A stretch of 59,332 nucleotides of DNA, counting the filler, from Sphacelaria rigidula (lineage: Eukaryota), in assembly GCA_964200075.2 (NCBI GenBank). It is 5 parts of 5 records of this genome, joined end to end, with 100 filler letters (N's around TTAATTAATTAA, not from the genome) between each part and the next. Parts side by side here need not be neighbours in the genome. Positions count along the whole stretch, not along the records: positions 23,776 to 35,561 come from CAXNAA020004502.1; positions 35,662 to 47,447 come from CAXNAA020004503.1; 3 more parts are not named here. One strand, written 5' to 3'. Each line of letters starts with the position of its first letter. The first letter of the stretch is position 1. A program made the translations under genes and the position numbers. Shown here piece by piece: positions 23,776-36,288 of the stretch. The notes under the pieces are model-generated. The model had not been told where the DNA came from. It made no database searches and worked only from the letters and a program-made list of their open reading frames with translations.

Positions 23776-26700
23776 ATTTTTTCGGCCGGTTCGGGGGGGG
23801 GCTATCTCGGCAGCAGTCCCTTGATATTCATTGCCCAGAGACGGGTATGCACATGGGCGGCCCCCGCCCCCTACCGTACGGTGCAGTCTTGGATGGGCTA
23901 CAACCCAGACGCCGATTTCGCCGATTTCCGTACTATCGGTCCTCGCGCAAATATTGCAGTTTCGCCACCTACAGTTATCCATCTCATTTCCGATAACACG
24001 CGCTCTTGGTCTGCCGCCCGCGGTAACCCTCCCCGCGCCCCGACGCCACCGACAACACCTACTGCTCCTGCGAGCAGCGTAGCGCCAGCTCCCCGCAACA
24101 CAGCACCACGAGCCTTGACAACCCCCGCCACGCGCCGTTCTCACAATAAGCTCCGAGCGCGATCTCCGGTGCGCACTACTGCGACATCGCCGCCCGCCGC
24201 GGCCCCGTCAGTGCCCACCCTTCTGATGCTTCCGATGTTTAAATTGACGTTGGCACCTCCCTCCCGTAGCCTGTTCCACCGCTTCCTGAGCCACCATGTC
24301 TGGTTCGCTCTCCGGCGGCAGGCCAACTGCGTGAATTTCTCGCCAGTTACTCCCATCATGATTGGGCTCGTGAACAAGCAGAACCATTATGACGCGCAAC
24401 CATGCGGTACCTCCGTGCTGGCTGCCCTGCTTCTATCCCGGCCAATGTATTGGCCCCGAATGGCACACTACCACCACCAAAATCCGCTAAGGTGTACGAA
24501 CTCGCACGTAAAGGTACTATCTTCGCAACTGATGACGGAATCGAATTGCTTATCCGCCGCCCTACGCCCCAGCGGGGTGTAACTCCACCCGCGCCCACTG
24601 GACGTCATGTACGACTACTCGACGATGAACCCATTCGGATATATGTCTTATTTTTTATGCGACCGTGGGTGATGAAAGTCTGCCACACTGACCTGTCTTG
24701 CCACCTTGGTGTCACGCGCACATTAGCGTTACTCGAACGCTTTTACTGGTGAATCGGTATGGAAGTGTCCACCCGCTTCTGGATTCGGCGCTGCTTCAAG
24801 TGTCAAGCTCGCAAAACCTCACGACAGACTTTACGTTGGCCAGTTATTTCGATGGCACTTCCCGACGCTCCTGGTCACCTCGTGTCTTTCGACTATTTCG
24901 GTCCTTTACCACCCACTGACCGAGGCAGCGCCTGCATCTTACTCTTTACCGACCGTTTTAGCCGTCACGCAGTCATGTACGCAGTCACCGCTGGAGACTT
25001 CACAGCGGCGGGCACAGCTAATGTCTTAGTTCATGACTATATCAAGCACTTTGGTTGCCCGAAACGGCTTCTCTCCGATAATGGTCAGCAATTTTGCTCC
25101 GATCTCTCGGACGAAGTGTATACGCTCCTGGGCATTCGCAAGATAGCCACAAGCGCTTATCACCCTAATGGTAACGGTGGTATAGAAAGATTTAAGCACA
25201 CCATGGCCCAGATGCTGTCTATGGTAGTCAACAATCGACAAAACGATTGGGATCTCCATCTCTCACATCTCATGTTGTCTTATAACAACTCCGTCAACGA
25301 TCCTCCCGGTCTTTCTTCGAACAAGTTACATCTCGGTCGCTACCCCCGCCTGCCCATCACCGTGTTTGAGAGACACACCTTCGATGGCCACCAAGGCTTG
25401 GATCAGGACAGGATATCCTACCATGACCTGGCGCGTGCACGCCAGCGCAAAGCTTTCGCTCTCGTGCGTGAACAACACGCCATCAACGCCTCGCGCCTTG
25501 AGAGATCTAATAATGCTCTCTACAATCTGATGCACGAACGACCTACTTGAAAGGTTGGCGGTTGGGTCTGGGTTTACAACAGTTTGTCAACCATTCGCCA
25601 AGGCGCCGACAGAGCTGCCAACGAGGCAGTCTTGAAGACTAAGTTATCTCTCAACTGGACAGGACCATTCAAGATTCTGACCGTAGGGCCCTCGCCATCA
25701 TCACCTGATGGCAAACCTGTTGGTAACAAACTTCTTTATCTTGATCTTCCTCGCGATCTTCAAGGACATGACGCCAAATCTCGCGTCTCTGTGCACCGTT
25801 GTAAACCTTGCATCAATCCGCATGACATGAGAGACATGCCCAAATATTTGCCTGCCGGTCTTACGCAGTACGTACTTAACAGCTATTCAACCAAATCACC
25901 GCCGTACCACGTTACTACCGACGATGTGACAGAACAACCCCTTCGTCTCGCCGTATCCCACATTTCTGGTCACCAGATCAACCGCGGTCGAGGCGGTAAG
26001 ATTGCTGTCATGTACAAAAGTCACTGCCAAAGCCTTTGGAGAGCGTCCTGGGAACGCGAATCCGACCTTCAGCTGCACCGCCGAGCTATTCTCCTGTACT
26101 GGACACAACCTCAGCAGCAACATATTGCTAACAACAAGAAATATCGCAACATGCGCCGCGGCGTAGCAGCACGCGAACTTCACCGTGACAAAGGTTTTCG
26201 CCTTGTCACCGATGGCTATGAATTGGTAGTCACCCAGCACTGGAAAGAAAAGATCCGCGCAAAACAGCAAATCCTCCCCAGAGGCGCCTACCTCTGGTAC
26301 AAAGGCAGCGACAACCTCTGTTGGCTAGGCCAGACCCACTCCACAAACCTCATCGCGCCTGACACATACGTCGTGCGCTTCATCAATGACTCCGGACCCG
26401 TGCAGCTCAAGCTCCGCGCAAAGCTCTATACCACCAGTCCATCCGCACCACGAGGGTCTTGGTGTCTTCAGCGACTCAAATCTAAAGGCCTCCGCCGCGG
26501 AATCCAACATAGTATCGATCGCACACATGATGTTAACGCACCGCTTTGAGCTCCCACAGACCTTCTGCTTTCCGATCCACGACATTTTTTCTTTCTCTTT
26601 TACTTTCTTCACCTGCCGTTTAGATATTTCCCCCTGCTTCCATCATCCAGGACACACCAGTGCCACCCACCGACTTCTTCAACAGCTCCTTCGGCGCGCA

Positions 26701-27663
26701 ACCACGGACATCGAATGGAACTTGCTTGGAGCACCTTCATCCTTGACTACTGGAGCTTTCCGTATTTTCGCTTTTGGCTTTTTATATGACTGGCACTGGA
26801 CTCCTTGCAGTCTTGGAGTTGCTTATTCCCTTGCTTCCTCAGCTACCATGCGCTCACCGCATGTGCTCGACTTTTCCGTGGTTGACTTTGGTACAACCCA
26901 CGTAGACGTTGTGCCCCTCGTGTGTTTTCCCTTTTGCCTCTTTATTTTGGCTAGCACGTCGAAGAATTTTGTGTTTGGCTGTTTAGTTCGCTAGCTCGCA
27001 GCAGCATAACGTGCTCATGCGTCTTCAAGCGCACTTGCGCTTTTCGGTAGCAGATTTCGCTTACCTTGTTTGAGGTGTGGGAGGATCAGGCAACGGAGTG
27101 GATGTTGCCCTCGTCGTCTGGGGTGTACCTTCTTGTTTCAGTCACTACGGCCGAGTGCTTTCATAGCATTGAGTTCGCCTTCCTTGTCGCTCATGACTTG
27201 ACGTGGAGAAAAACCTCGATTTTCGTTGCTTTTCGAGATTTTTCATCGCAACTGTAATAGAGGTTCCTCTGGATGGGCGAGTGTCATGAAGCTAGGAGGT
27301 GTCTATGATCAAATCTGGGACTCTATAGTTGCGGGTCTGATCAAGCTTGACTAGGCCGGATATGAGACTGATAAAAGGTACAGGGATGGATCCTTGAGCC
27401 CTCCCGTGGTACTCGCGAAGGTGGAGCTGACTGCTGAGCAACTGCTATAGCCAGAGAGTAGCCGAGAGACCATCGAAAGGAGCGATAAGGAATACGAGTG
27501 AACAAGAGTATTTTGTATCAAGTGTGTATCGCTTACTGCGTGAAGCTGTTGTCGTGTGACTTGATTCCGGGCATAACCTGACTCTTGTCAGTGCCAGGAG
27601 ATCAGCAGGCATCTGACGTGACCGACTTGCACAAGAGAGTGCATCCCGCCTAACACTATAACA
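23776..27663 (+). mobile_element. 3' half of a Ty3/Gypsy LTR retrotransposon; 3' LTR at ~27282-27663
   Basis: Integrase followed by a long 3' region, GGATGGGCGAG and TGTCATGAAGCTAGGAGG...ATAACA; the LTR start resembles that of the 14390-19018 element (TGTGATGAAGCTTGGAGG on the minus strand). Confidence 0.8.
24402..26549 (+). pseudogene. Gypsy pol fragment: HHCC + DDE integrase + GPF motif + chromodomain-like region + extra C-terminal domain; in-frame TGA stops at 24750 and 25548
   Basis: CHTDLSCHLG...RCFKCQARK; SFDYFGP; LLSDNG; NGGIERF; KLSLNWTGPFKIL; ORFs 24402, 24759 and 25584 share one frame. Confidence 0.9.
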
Positions 27664-29004
27664 GTGCACCAGTACCGTGAACTGCCGGGGTGCACACCGT
27701 GGGTCCTCTACGCTGTGTGCTGACCTCAAATCGATCATCTCACAAAGAAAATGCCCCCATTTACGATTCTACCGTACGATGACAAACCACTGTGACCTCG
27801 ATTCGTTGTGGTTCACAGTGTGCATATCACTGCTGACAAAACTTCGACTGACACGGTGCTATGGCCAGTACTTCCGAAGGGCAACACCACTGTATCATCG
27901 GTATACTACAGGTTGCCTTTTCGAAAACACCCCCAGCGCCCTCGAAAAACTACGGGCTCTCAAATTAAAAACAGGAGGTATTTTCGGGGTCTGTCCAAGA
28001 GTCCATCAAAAATACATTTCTGGACACGTAGGCCCCAAGATCGAAAACTCGAGTTTTTGAGGGGGGGAGGAAGACACCCATCCTGTAGTCCCCCAGTTAA
28101 TTGCCGAAGCGTTGGCGGATGCGGTCGGCTGCCGTGTACAGAGATTATTGGCATGGAGACCGCTCAGATGACGGACAAACCGCCCCTCCAAGCTCATCAC
28201 CTACCATGATTGCATTTATGGGATCGTGTCGTGTGCCTCGACTATCTACCACTAGTAGAAGGGGCAAATTTGGCGAGGCTTGAGAAAATGTTGCTACTTT
28301 GGCTACAGGCTGTCGCTACCGTGCGCTCGTGTATTGTACATACTGTAGATGTGTGTGAGTGTTGCCGGTATCCGAGGTCATCGAGACAGGGCGGGCAAGA
28401 AGCAGAAGCATGTATCCGAACCTCGCGAAGCCCGCCAGGCTTTTCGGTTTTTGTCAATGTTTTGTTGTTGATTTATTTCAACAAGTTCAACAAAAAATCG
28501 CAAACAAATCACAAAAAAATCGCAAACAAATCTCAGAAGAAATTCATGACAATGTTCGAAAAATTGCCCTCCGGGAGGGGGAGGAGGAGGGGTTGGCCTC
28601 CGTGTCCAAAGGTATTATCTCGACAGACCCTTGGTCTGTCAGGGAAAAAAGAAATGAGCGAGACCGAGTTGTGGGGAAGGGGACAGTCTATCCCACACTT
28701 CTCGTGTACTGTAACGGCGATGGTTTCAGCAGGGTTGGTAAGCCTCTCTATCGATCCCCGTTACGCCAGTTGCTACATTCGGCGCACTCACGAATTAGGT
28801 GTGAAGCCCTATGCCCTCTAGGATGAGGATTTTCTATTGCGCAAGGTTTTAGCGCAGACCGTCCTGGAATATCCGAACTTTCGACCGTAGTCGGTCGCCG
28901 TCACCCTCTACGTAACTCGTGCCCTCTACCGCCGCCCCCGACTGCTTCTTTTCGCTGTCTCGTGCACAGGCCGACGTGCAAGATTCACCCTGTCGAGTCC
29001 GACT

Positions 29005-29260
29005 TGTGACGCCAGCAGATTGCTAGTACTGCAGAGTCCAATGCTGTTGAGGTACTCCCCAGTTCCACTGGCCTAAGGTCTCAGTTGTTAGACTTCACAA
29101 CACCCTTTATTATCCTGGAGTGCCACACAGGTACATGCTCCATAAACGACATCAGGGTATCACCCCTGTGTCCATGTCATCACCCATATCATCACTACAG
29201 ATCCCAAGTCATCATCCAATCATCGCTATATACTCAACGTGACGGCGTGATTTCGTCACA
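29005..29260 (-). repeat. 3' LTR
   Basis: Direct repeat of 34681-34936, preceded on the minus strand by TTTGGGGGTGC. Confidence 0.95.
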
Positions 29261-29339
29261 GCACCCCCAAAGCGCGTTGGACGAGAATCGAGCAATAAGC
29301 TTGACACTCAAAAAAATAACGCCAAAACGATTGGGCGAG

Positions 29340-32300
29340 TCACAACTGAATACCAAACCCACGCGTAATGCGAGCAGCAATGGAACGAGTCACTCGCACG
29401 TTACGCAACTTATTTTTGAGAAATTCTGGAGCGGCCTCAAAAATATTCTTACAAGGCTCCTACGAACGCTCCTCGACTTCAAAACCAACCCAGTCGACCA
29501 ACACGATCAACCAACGATCCTCTGCCTCTGCCACGCGAACAATCCCAGCCATCTGAAGTTGCCCCTGGTTGAAAGCGTGCTGAAACACGTCCTTCACGTC
29601 TGCCGTTACATTAAGCTGTGAGTCTGCATAAAGACGCAAACGAGCTACATGGGCGGTCTGAACACGAGCATAAACAATGTTTTGAATCTCAAACACATAC
29701 GGGTAATGAGCACCAACCACTCTCCACGGACCAGCCCACACCGCCATCAATTTAGACGTGAATCCCGGACGATGCACGCGTGCATACAAAACATAGTCGC
29801 CTACCTCGAAATTCGGCAATTTCAGCCCCGACGAAGACCCCTCACGTCTACGCGCACGTTCAGCGACAACACGCTCCTGCACTTGAACGTGGAAACTTTC
29901 CTGCAACTCCAAAACTCCTTGCAACGCACGCTTCAGTTGCGCATTGTCTAAGATATCACAGTTCCACTCCCCCGCGGATGATGACGCCAGCACCGAGAAA
30001 GACGTCCGAGGTGCAAGACCAAACATCACGTGATACGGCGGACTATCGTACCGACGGCGATATGCTGTATTTAGCGCCCATTGCACAGCGGGCAACACGT
30101 CCACCCACTTGGTCACCTTTCGACGCTGCTCGAGAAGAATAAAGCGAAGAGCACGAACTACTTCCTTGACCATGTGTTCGCAGGTACCGTTAGACCACGG
30201 AGAATACGCCACCACAAACGGGTGATCAACGCGCGAAGCCTCTCGCAATCGAGCCAAGATCGCATTCTTGAAATGCGTGGCGGTATCACTCACCCACACA
30301 CGGGGCACCCCCAAAGTTTTGCATCAATTCAGCAAGGACGCAGCAGTCGATTCGGCAGTACACACTGCTACTGGTTCCAGAGCCACAAAGTTGCTCAAAT
30401 CATCCATGTTTGCCAAAATGTATCGGAACCCAGCATCCTCCGACAAACCTTGGGAAGCTAACAGGCCACTCTCGCCCACGTACAAGAAGTCAAAATGAAC
30501 GACTTCATTCGGCGTGGTCTCATGGACCGTTTCACCGAGAGGGCGGGGAACAACATTACCCGCCCTCGAGTCAGCACAATGAAAACGCTGGCTTACAAAT
30601 TTGCGCACATGAGTTTCTATTCCCTGCCAGACACGAAACGCTTGCAAGCGCACGAGTGTCCCAGCCACACCACGATGCCCGGCCTCGCGCATGTACGCGC
30701 AAATCATCAGACGTACCTGCAACTGCTTGTCAGAACTCGGAATCCACAAAACGTTTCGACCACGCACATGCATACGAAACAGACCTTCATTTGTCCGAAA
30801 TAGCGGTACCAACGTCCGACTCGAAAGATTACACATCCGCATCTTCGGCCCCAAGGTCTATGCGTTGCGCTTGGCGGACAACAGATTTGGACGGCATCGA
30901 TTCATCCGGTACACACGGACCACACACAGCCACAGCGCGCGCAGGCAGAGTGGGAATATTTACCCAGCGCAATAGCAAGTCACCCCACGCGTTACGTTCA
31001 CCCGAAATATGACAAATAATCGTGTACCGATAGTGGCCTAATACACCTTTCCACCCCTCCAATCGCTGTGCCAGCGCCTTCGACACAGACGTCACGCATG
31101 CCTCCGGGTTGAAAATGTATGCTGAATTTCGGTGATCCGTGAAAATATGCGCGCCATTCCACAATAGATGCTCGAGACGACGAAAAGTGCTCACGATAGC
31201 AAAACCTTCCTTGTTAATGGTTGCCCAACGCATCTGTGAACCCTTGAAATTACCACTAAGAAAAGCCAGCGGTTCATGCGTCATGTCTTCAACCGTCAGC
31301 CGTTGTTGCAGTTCTGCATCGGGCACCTGCGTTACAAACCTATCCCAATGACACTCGGATGCATCCGGGAACATCAGCACCTGGCAACCGGGGCGGGGAT
31401 GGAACAGCGTCACGGCATGAGCCACCAGATCCTTCGCTTCCGCCCATGCCTGCAGCCTGTCCTCCGTCCACGATGCGGACGGAATAACGCGTTTTTTGGC
31501 CACCCGCTTCGTGCGCCTTGCAGCCCCCACCATGAGCTCTTCTAGGAAAACGCGCAAGGGCGCCACTACTTCGGCCATACGTGGCAACGAGGTACGCAAC
31601 CAGTTCATTGCGTGCAGGAATTGCATTTGTTCTGCTGCTGTTTCTGGACGCCGCACGTCAGACAAACCTTGCAAGCGGACCGGGTCATGCAAGACGCGGC
31701 CGTTAGAATATACTTTCCCACACCACACTAATTCACTAGCAAAAAAGGCGCATTTGTGGGCAGCTGCAAACAGACCAACACTCTCTAAGCGAGCCAAGAT
31801 TGCATCAAGCGTATCCAACAGTTCGTCTTCCGTATCCGCGGAGAAAAAGACATAATTCACCCAAATCTCGCATTTCAAGCCATCTAAAAGGTCTACCATG
31901 ACACCTTGAAAATACGAAGCAGCATTCAACACGCCTTGCGGTACTCGTTGCGGGGGAAACATGCCAAACTGAGTCGTGAGGGTGAATATCTTTTGCGCCT
32001 CTTCGACCAACGGCATCTGTCAGTACCCCTGTAGCAGGTCCAACTTACCGAAGCATCGCGCGCGCAACAGATCTATTATGTCGGATTCCTGATCGGGCAT
32101 GACACCCAGCGACTTCTCCACCTGATCATTGACGGCTCCATAATCGCTGACCGGACGGAAAGAGTCCTTCTTCGGCACTGCCATCGCTGGACTGGACTAC
32201 ACCGCCTGTAGGTTCCTGAACACCAACCAAAACGCCAAAAGAGCTCCCATGCAAGAAGCTAACCAACTGGACTTGACCAGATCATACCTCCTCGGTTTTG

Positions 32301-33010
32301 CCTTCACCGCGGCCGCCCCTGACTTCAGTGTGACCGTCATGGGTTCCACGCGCGCAGGGGGATCACCCATCAGCGCACGACGAAACGCGTTAACGTGGCG
32401 ATACAATATGCCACGCAAGCGCTCCGCTTTTGAGACGCTGAGGCCATTTACCACAGCATCCGTCACGCTTTTCTCCAGCGCAGCCATTCGCACGGACTCC
32501 TCTTCTACTGGCTCCATAAACATATCGGGGCCACGCTCCACTAAGTGTTCCACCGCCTCATCATGCTCGTCGGACACCTGCCCCCCCGCCTCGTGGAGAG
32601 CATCAACTGACAATCCCTCTCTGCGACTGGCCAAAAACGCAGGCGTCTCGACACTCAAACCGGGCGACGGCATTTGCGTTTTTAGGGAATCTAACAGCCG
32701 ATCATACGGATCGAGTCCGAGCCCCCGAAGCGTCGGTAAGCCCAACAGAACGACACCATCCGTCCCCGGCATGATCGCAAACGATGTCGGGGGTAATTTC
32801 GCTGGCCCCCAGGTAGTCCTAAACGCCAACTGTAGGGGAATCGTACGCTCCGTGATATTTATACGTTGCCCTGATGCGGTGATTGCCTGCCGCGCCCCGA
32901 GCGAGAACGGAATGCGGATTTGCTTACCAGGGAGTAGACGCTCCAGCATCTCCACAATCAGCACTGACACGCTCGTGAAATGGGCGCCTGAATCCAACAC
33001 AGCGTTGACC
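29340..33010 (-). pseudogene. pol: aspartic protease, reverse transcriptase, RNase H, integrase, chromodomain; several stops and frameshifts
   Basis: VLDSGA (PR); RVPQGVLNAASYFQ and WVNY at the YxDD position (RT); FPDAS, KEGFAI, FTDHRN (RH); HFDFLYVG, WVSDTATHF, SNGTCE (INT); VLVDWVGFEVEERS (CHD). Confidence 0.92.
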
Positions 33011-33099
33011 TATATGGCTCCCCGCGCCCGTTGATTTGGGGGATATATAACTCTGCAGGAATATGTTTTTATTTATCCTCGACCGGCACCTGCTCCGCC

Positions 33100-34383
33100 G
33101 ACTGATTTGTCGTGATTCCAACTTGGCGCTACGGCTGCGCGTGCGGCGCAGGTATAGACACCCCCGCTGGGGTCACCGGCACCGCCGGCGGGTACGAAGC
33201 CCCGCCCGCAAAACTAAATTGCAGCAATACTCCGGCCGACGCAGCAGCGGATCCAACTTTCAGCTGAAATCCGACCGGCTCAGCAGCAGAAGTCTCGCCT
33301 TGCTCTGCTGCCGGTGGCGCCGGCACCGAGCCCGACACTAGAGTGGCCGGTCCCACCTGCACCGCCCGTTGCGGAGCAGCAGCCCCTGCGGCTGAGCCGG
33401 ACCCAGACCCGGACCCTTGCTGACGCCGCTGCCCCTGCTGTTGCTGCTGCTGGGAACTCGGCTGTACACCTCCACCGCTGGAGAATCCGCCTCCGCCACC
33501 ACCCCCATTACCTTTTCCTCCTTTGTAATTGCGAGGGCGCGCGGCACTCGTCTGCCCGGACTCCCTTGGAAAGCGTTGGGCACTTGCGTGCGTAGTGGCC
33601 TACCTGGCCACACTGAAATCAAGTGATATTGGCGGCGGCAGTGCCTGCGGATTTTGATCCGCGGTTACGCGAGCTCGAAGACTGCGGCGACGAAGTGGAT
33701 GATTTCCCGAATACTTCAAATTTCCGCCATGCCTGGGCCTCCGCCACCACGGTATCCATGACTAAGTACGGGTCTGACTTCCAATTGGTTTCGTGCTATA
33801 ACTGCACAAGCACGGCTTGTTTGAATTCCGCCGGTGCCAGACCCTCCACCATCGTTTTCGTGATCACCGTAGCGGGCCCTGGACGAAATTTCCCATCGGA
33901 GAAGCGATAAACCATCTCGACGTTGGGGTTTTCCGAAAAATATGTCTCCAACTTTCTCATGATTGACTCCACCCTCTCACGCATGGTCTTCTCCTTGTGG
34001 TTCATGGCGACAGCCTTTGCCACGGCCACGGACGCCTGTATTAGGTCTACCTCAGCTCTCGCCGCATATCTTGCATGCTTTTTTATCGCTGCAGCCAATT
34101 GCAGCGGCGTTATTGTGTATTTCTCATGGAATCTTCTCGCAAAAATGCGTTGGGGGGGGGGTAGGCACGAGTTGCGCCATGGAAACCCCCTGATGCTTAC
34201 CGCACCCCCCGCATTCGCATGCTCCACCCGCTTCTTGTATTCCACATATTTCGTGTAAAGCGGACGAGAAGCACACTCAGAATATATATTCCCGTAGCTG
34301 GGAGGCCGCAACTCCTCTTTCAGAACAACTGGGGTTACGGTCGTCTCCGCTGGCTCTTCGGCAGGTACCTCTGTAGTCGACAT
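33100..34383 (-). pseudogene. gag-like ORF with a CCHC zinc knuckle, disrupted
   Basis: MSTTEVPAEE... start; TAG at 33796; knuckle reads IT*FQCGQVGHYARKCP at ~33580-33630 with the first Cys turned into a stop. Confidence 0.75.
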
Positions 34384-34680
34384 TTCCGAGCGGGCCTAAT
34401 CAAAGGCTTCTGAACCTCCTCGAACTTCACAGTTCACACCTGCCTTCGTCGCCGCACCACACAGCCGTGGGGTCCTATTAACTCCCGCTGCACGTAGCTC
34501 TGGCAAGTTTCCAGTCTGGATCAATCACGGGCCAGCCGCCTTTGCACCTACCTTAGCTTGAAACCTCCTCACGCGTCCGTGAAGCAATATGCCCAAAGCT
34601 GTCCAGACTCCTCTTTGCTGAAAAAATCCAGCAGTCACCAACGATAGCACAACTAGCACGACTAGCACCAACATCGATAT

Positions 34681-34936
34681 TGTGACGCCAGCAGATTGCT
34701 AGTACTGCAGAGTCTAATGCCGTTGAGGGACTCCCCAGTTCCACTGGCCTCAGGTTTCAGTTGTTAGACTTCACAACACCCTTTATTTTCCTGGAGTGCC
34801 ACACAGGCACATGCTCCATAAACGACATCAGGGTATCACCCCTGTGTCCATGTCATCACCCATATTATCACTACAGATCCCAAGTCATCATCCAATCATC
34901 GCTATATACTCAACGTGACGGCGTGATTTCGTCACA
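34681..34936 (-). repeat. 5' LTR
   Basis: Direct repeat of 29005-29260. Confidence 0.95.
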
Positions 34937-35533
34937 GACTTGAAATGGACATGGGAGAGCGCACAGTCGGCAGTTTGTATTGAGCTTCACGTTATGTACT
35001 GAGTTTAAGGAGGGAGGAAGTGAGAAGGATGAGCTGGATGATGTTCAGCCCACCACCGCATCCGACGGAACTCCCTCAGCCATGCACGGCCTGCAGTTGC
35101 TGAGGTGCACGGGTCTCGAGACATCGCGAAGAGGACGGAGATATAGACATGAAACAGGAGCGGTACTTACGAGAGTCGGTCGCGACTCTGTGTCCGGTGT
35201 CCGCTGTGTGCCGTTGTTAGCTGTAGACAGGACCATCCGCGCAGCAATGTTTATATGTTGACTTGTTTAAACCCGTGTGCGACCATTTTGCTCATCGGCC
35301 ATGTTTTATTACTGTAACGGTCGTGTGATTTATGTGCTGTATAACACCTCATCCGTTCGTACACCCTTTTCTGGGAGCAGCTGCCGGCACCATGTTCCGC
35401 AATAATATTGAAACAGGTTGTAATGCGTGAGAGGACCGCGAGCTTAGAGGACCGCGCCGTAGGTCAAAGTACCTCAGCGTCGAGGTTTTTCAAAACCAAT
35501 CGGGTCAGTCCCTGCAGGTACCACGCCCCTGAT

Positions 35534-35561
35534 CCTAACCCCAACACTAACCCTAACCCTA
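35534..35561. repeat. Short degenerate (CCCTAA)n telomere-like tract at the contig edge
   Basis: CCTAACCCCAACACTAACCCTAACCCTA. Confidence 0.6.
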
Positions 35562-35661
35562 NNNNNNNNNNNNNNNNNNNNNNNNNNNNNNNNNNNNNNN
35601 NNNNNTTAATTAATTAANNNNNNNNNNNNNNNNNNNNNNNNNNNNNNNNNNNNNNNNNNNN
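35562..35661. other. Artificial scaffold spacer (contig 3/4 join)
   Basis: Same N44-TTAATTAATTAA-N44 structure. Confidence 0.97.
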
Positions 35662-36288
35662 GTGGGGGGGGGGGGGGGGAGGGGGGCGGTGGCCGGCGGG
35701 GGGGGAGGGGGAGGGGGGGGGAGGGGGAGGAAAGGGGGAGAGGAGCGGGAGTTCAGAACGTCATACAGTACCGTGTTTGCAATGCTCTATGACTCAGATT
35801 TGAGTATCTATCGAACAATAGACAGCGGGGGCGGTCCGCGGCGGTATTTGTCGTTTCAGCTGCTGCTTCCTGGGCGTGAGCAGCGTTTCACGATGTAGTT
35901 TTGAAAAAAGTATGTTGCTCTCTACAGATACTTATTGTCGCGTTGAACCCATTCTAAATGTGGTCATTTCCCGCACCCCCTCTCCCCCCCCCCCATTCTG
36001 CGAAACTTTCGGTCGGTTTTTGTCTTAGAGGCTCGTAGAGGTGACCTTATCCGCCGACTAGGGGCGTACCGCCTCCGCCAAACACTTGATTTTTTATTTC
36101 GATTACCCTGCTTGCTGATTCCCAACCGTCGTCTCCGCAGTGTCCGCTTGTACCTGGCTACCGTGCTCCTGTACGTTTCCCCCTCTTGAATCTCGTGTCT
36201 GCTCGTGAACGATCTATCTCCGCGCCTGCTGGGCTGAGCAATCACACCTTCTCGGCTCCCACTTTCATTTTTTTTTTTCTGTGCGAAG

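Larger units (their letters stand above)
29005..34936 (-). mobile_element. Full-length, decayed Ty3/Gypsy LTR retrotransposon with chromodomain (5.9 kb); TSD GACT
   Basis: 256-bp LTRs at 29005-29260 and 34681-34936 (TG...CA, 8 substitutions counted); GACT on both flanks; domain order gag-PR-RT-RH-INT-CHD. Confidence 0.95.

Noticed and set aside
24750-25550. TGA read as Trp (alternative code) or programmed readthrough in the integrase
   Set aside because: TGG-to-TGA is a single transition; neighbouring elements also carry TAG stops and frameshifts, consistent with decay
35534-35561. True chromosome end
   Set aside because: Only ~4 degenerate units, and the C-rich strand points towards the 3' edge, the wrong orientation for a right-hand telomere
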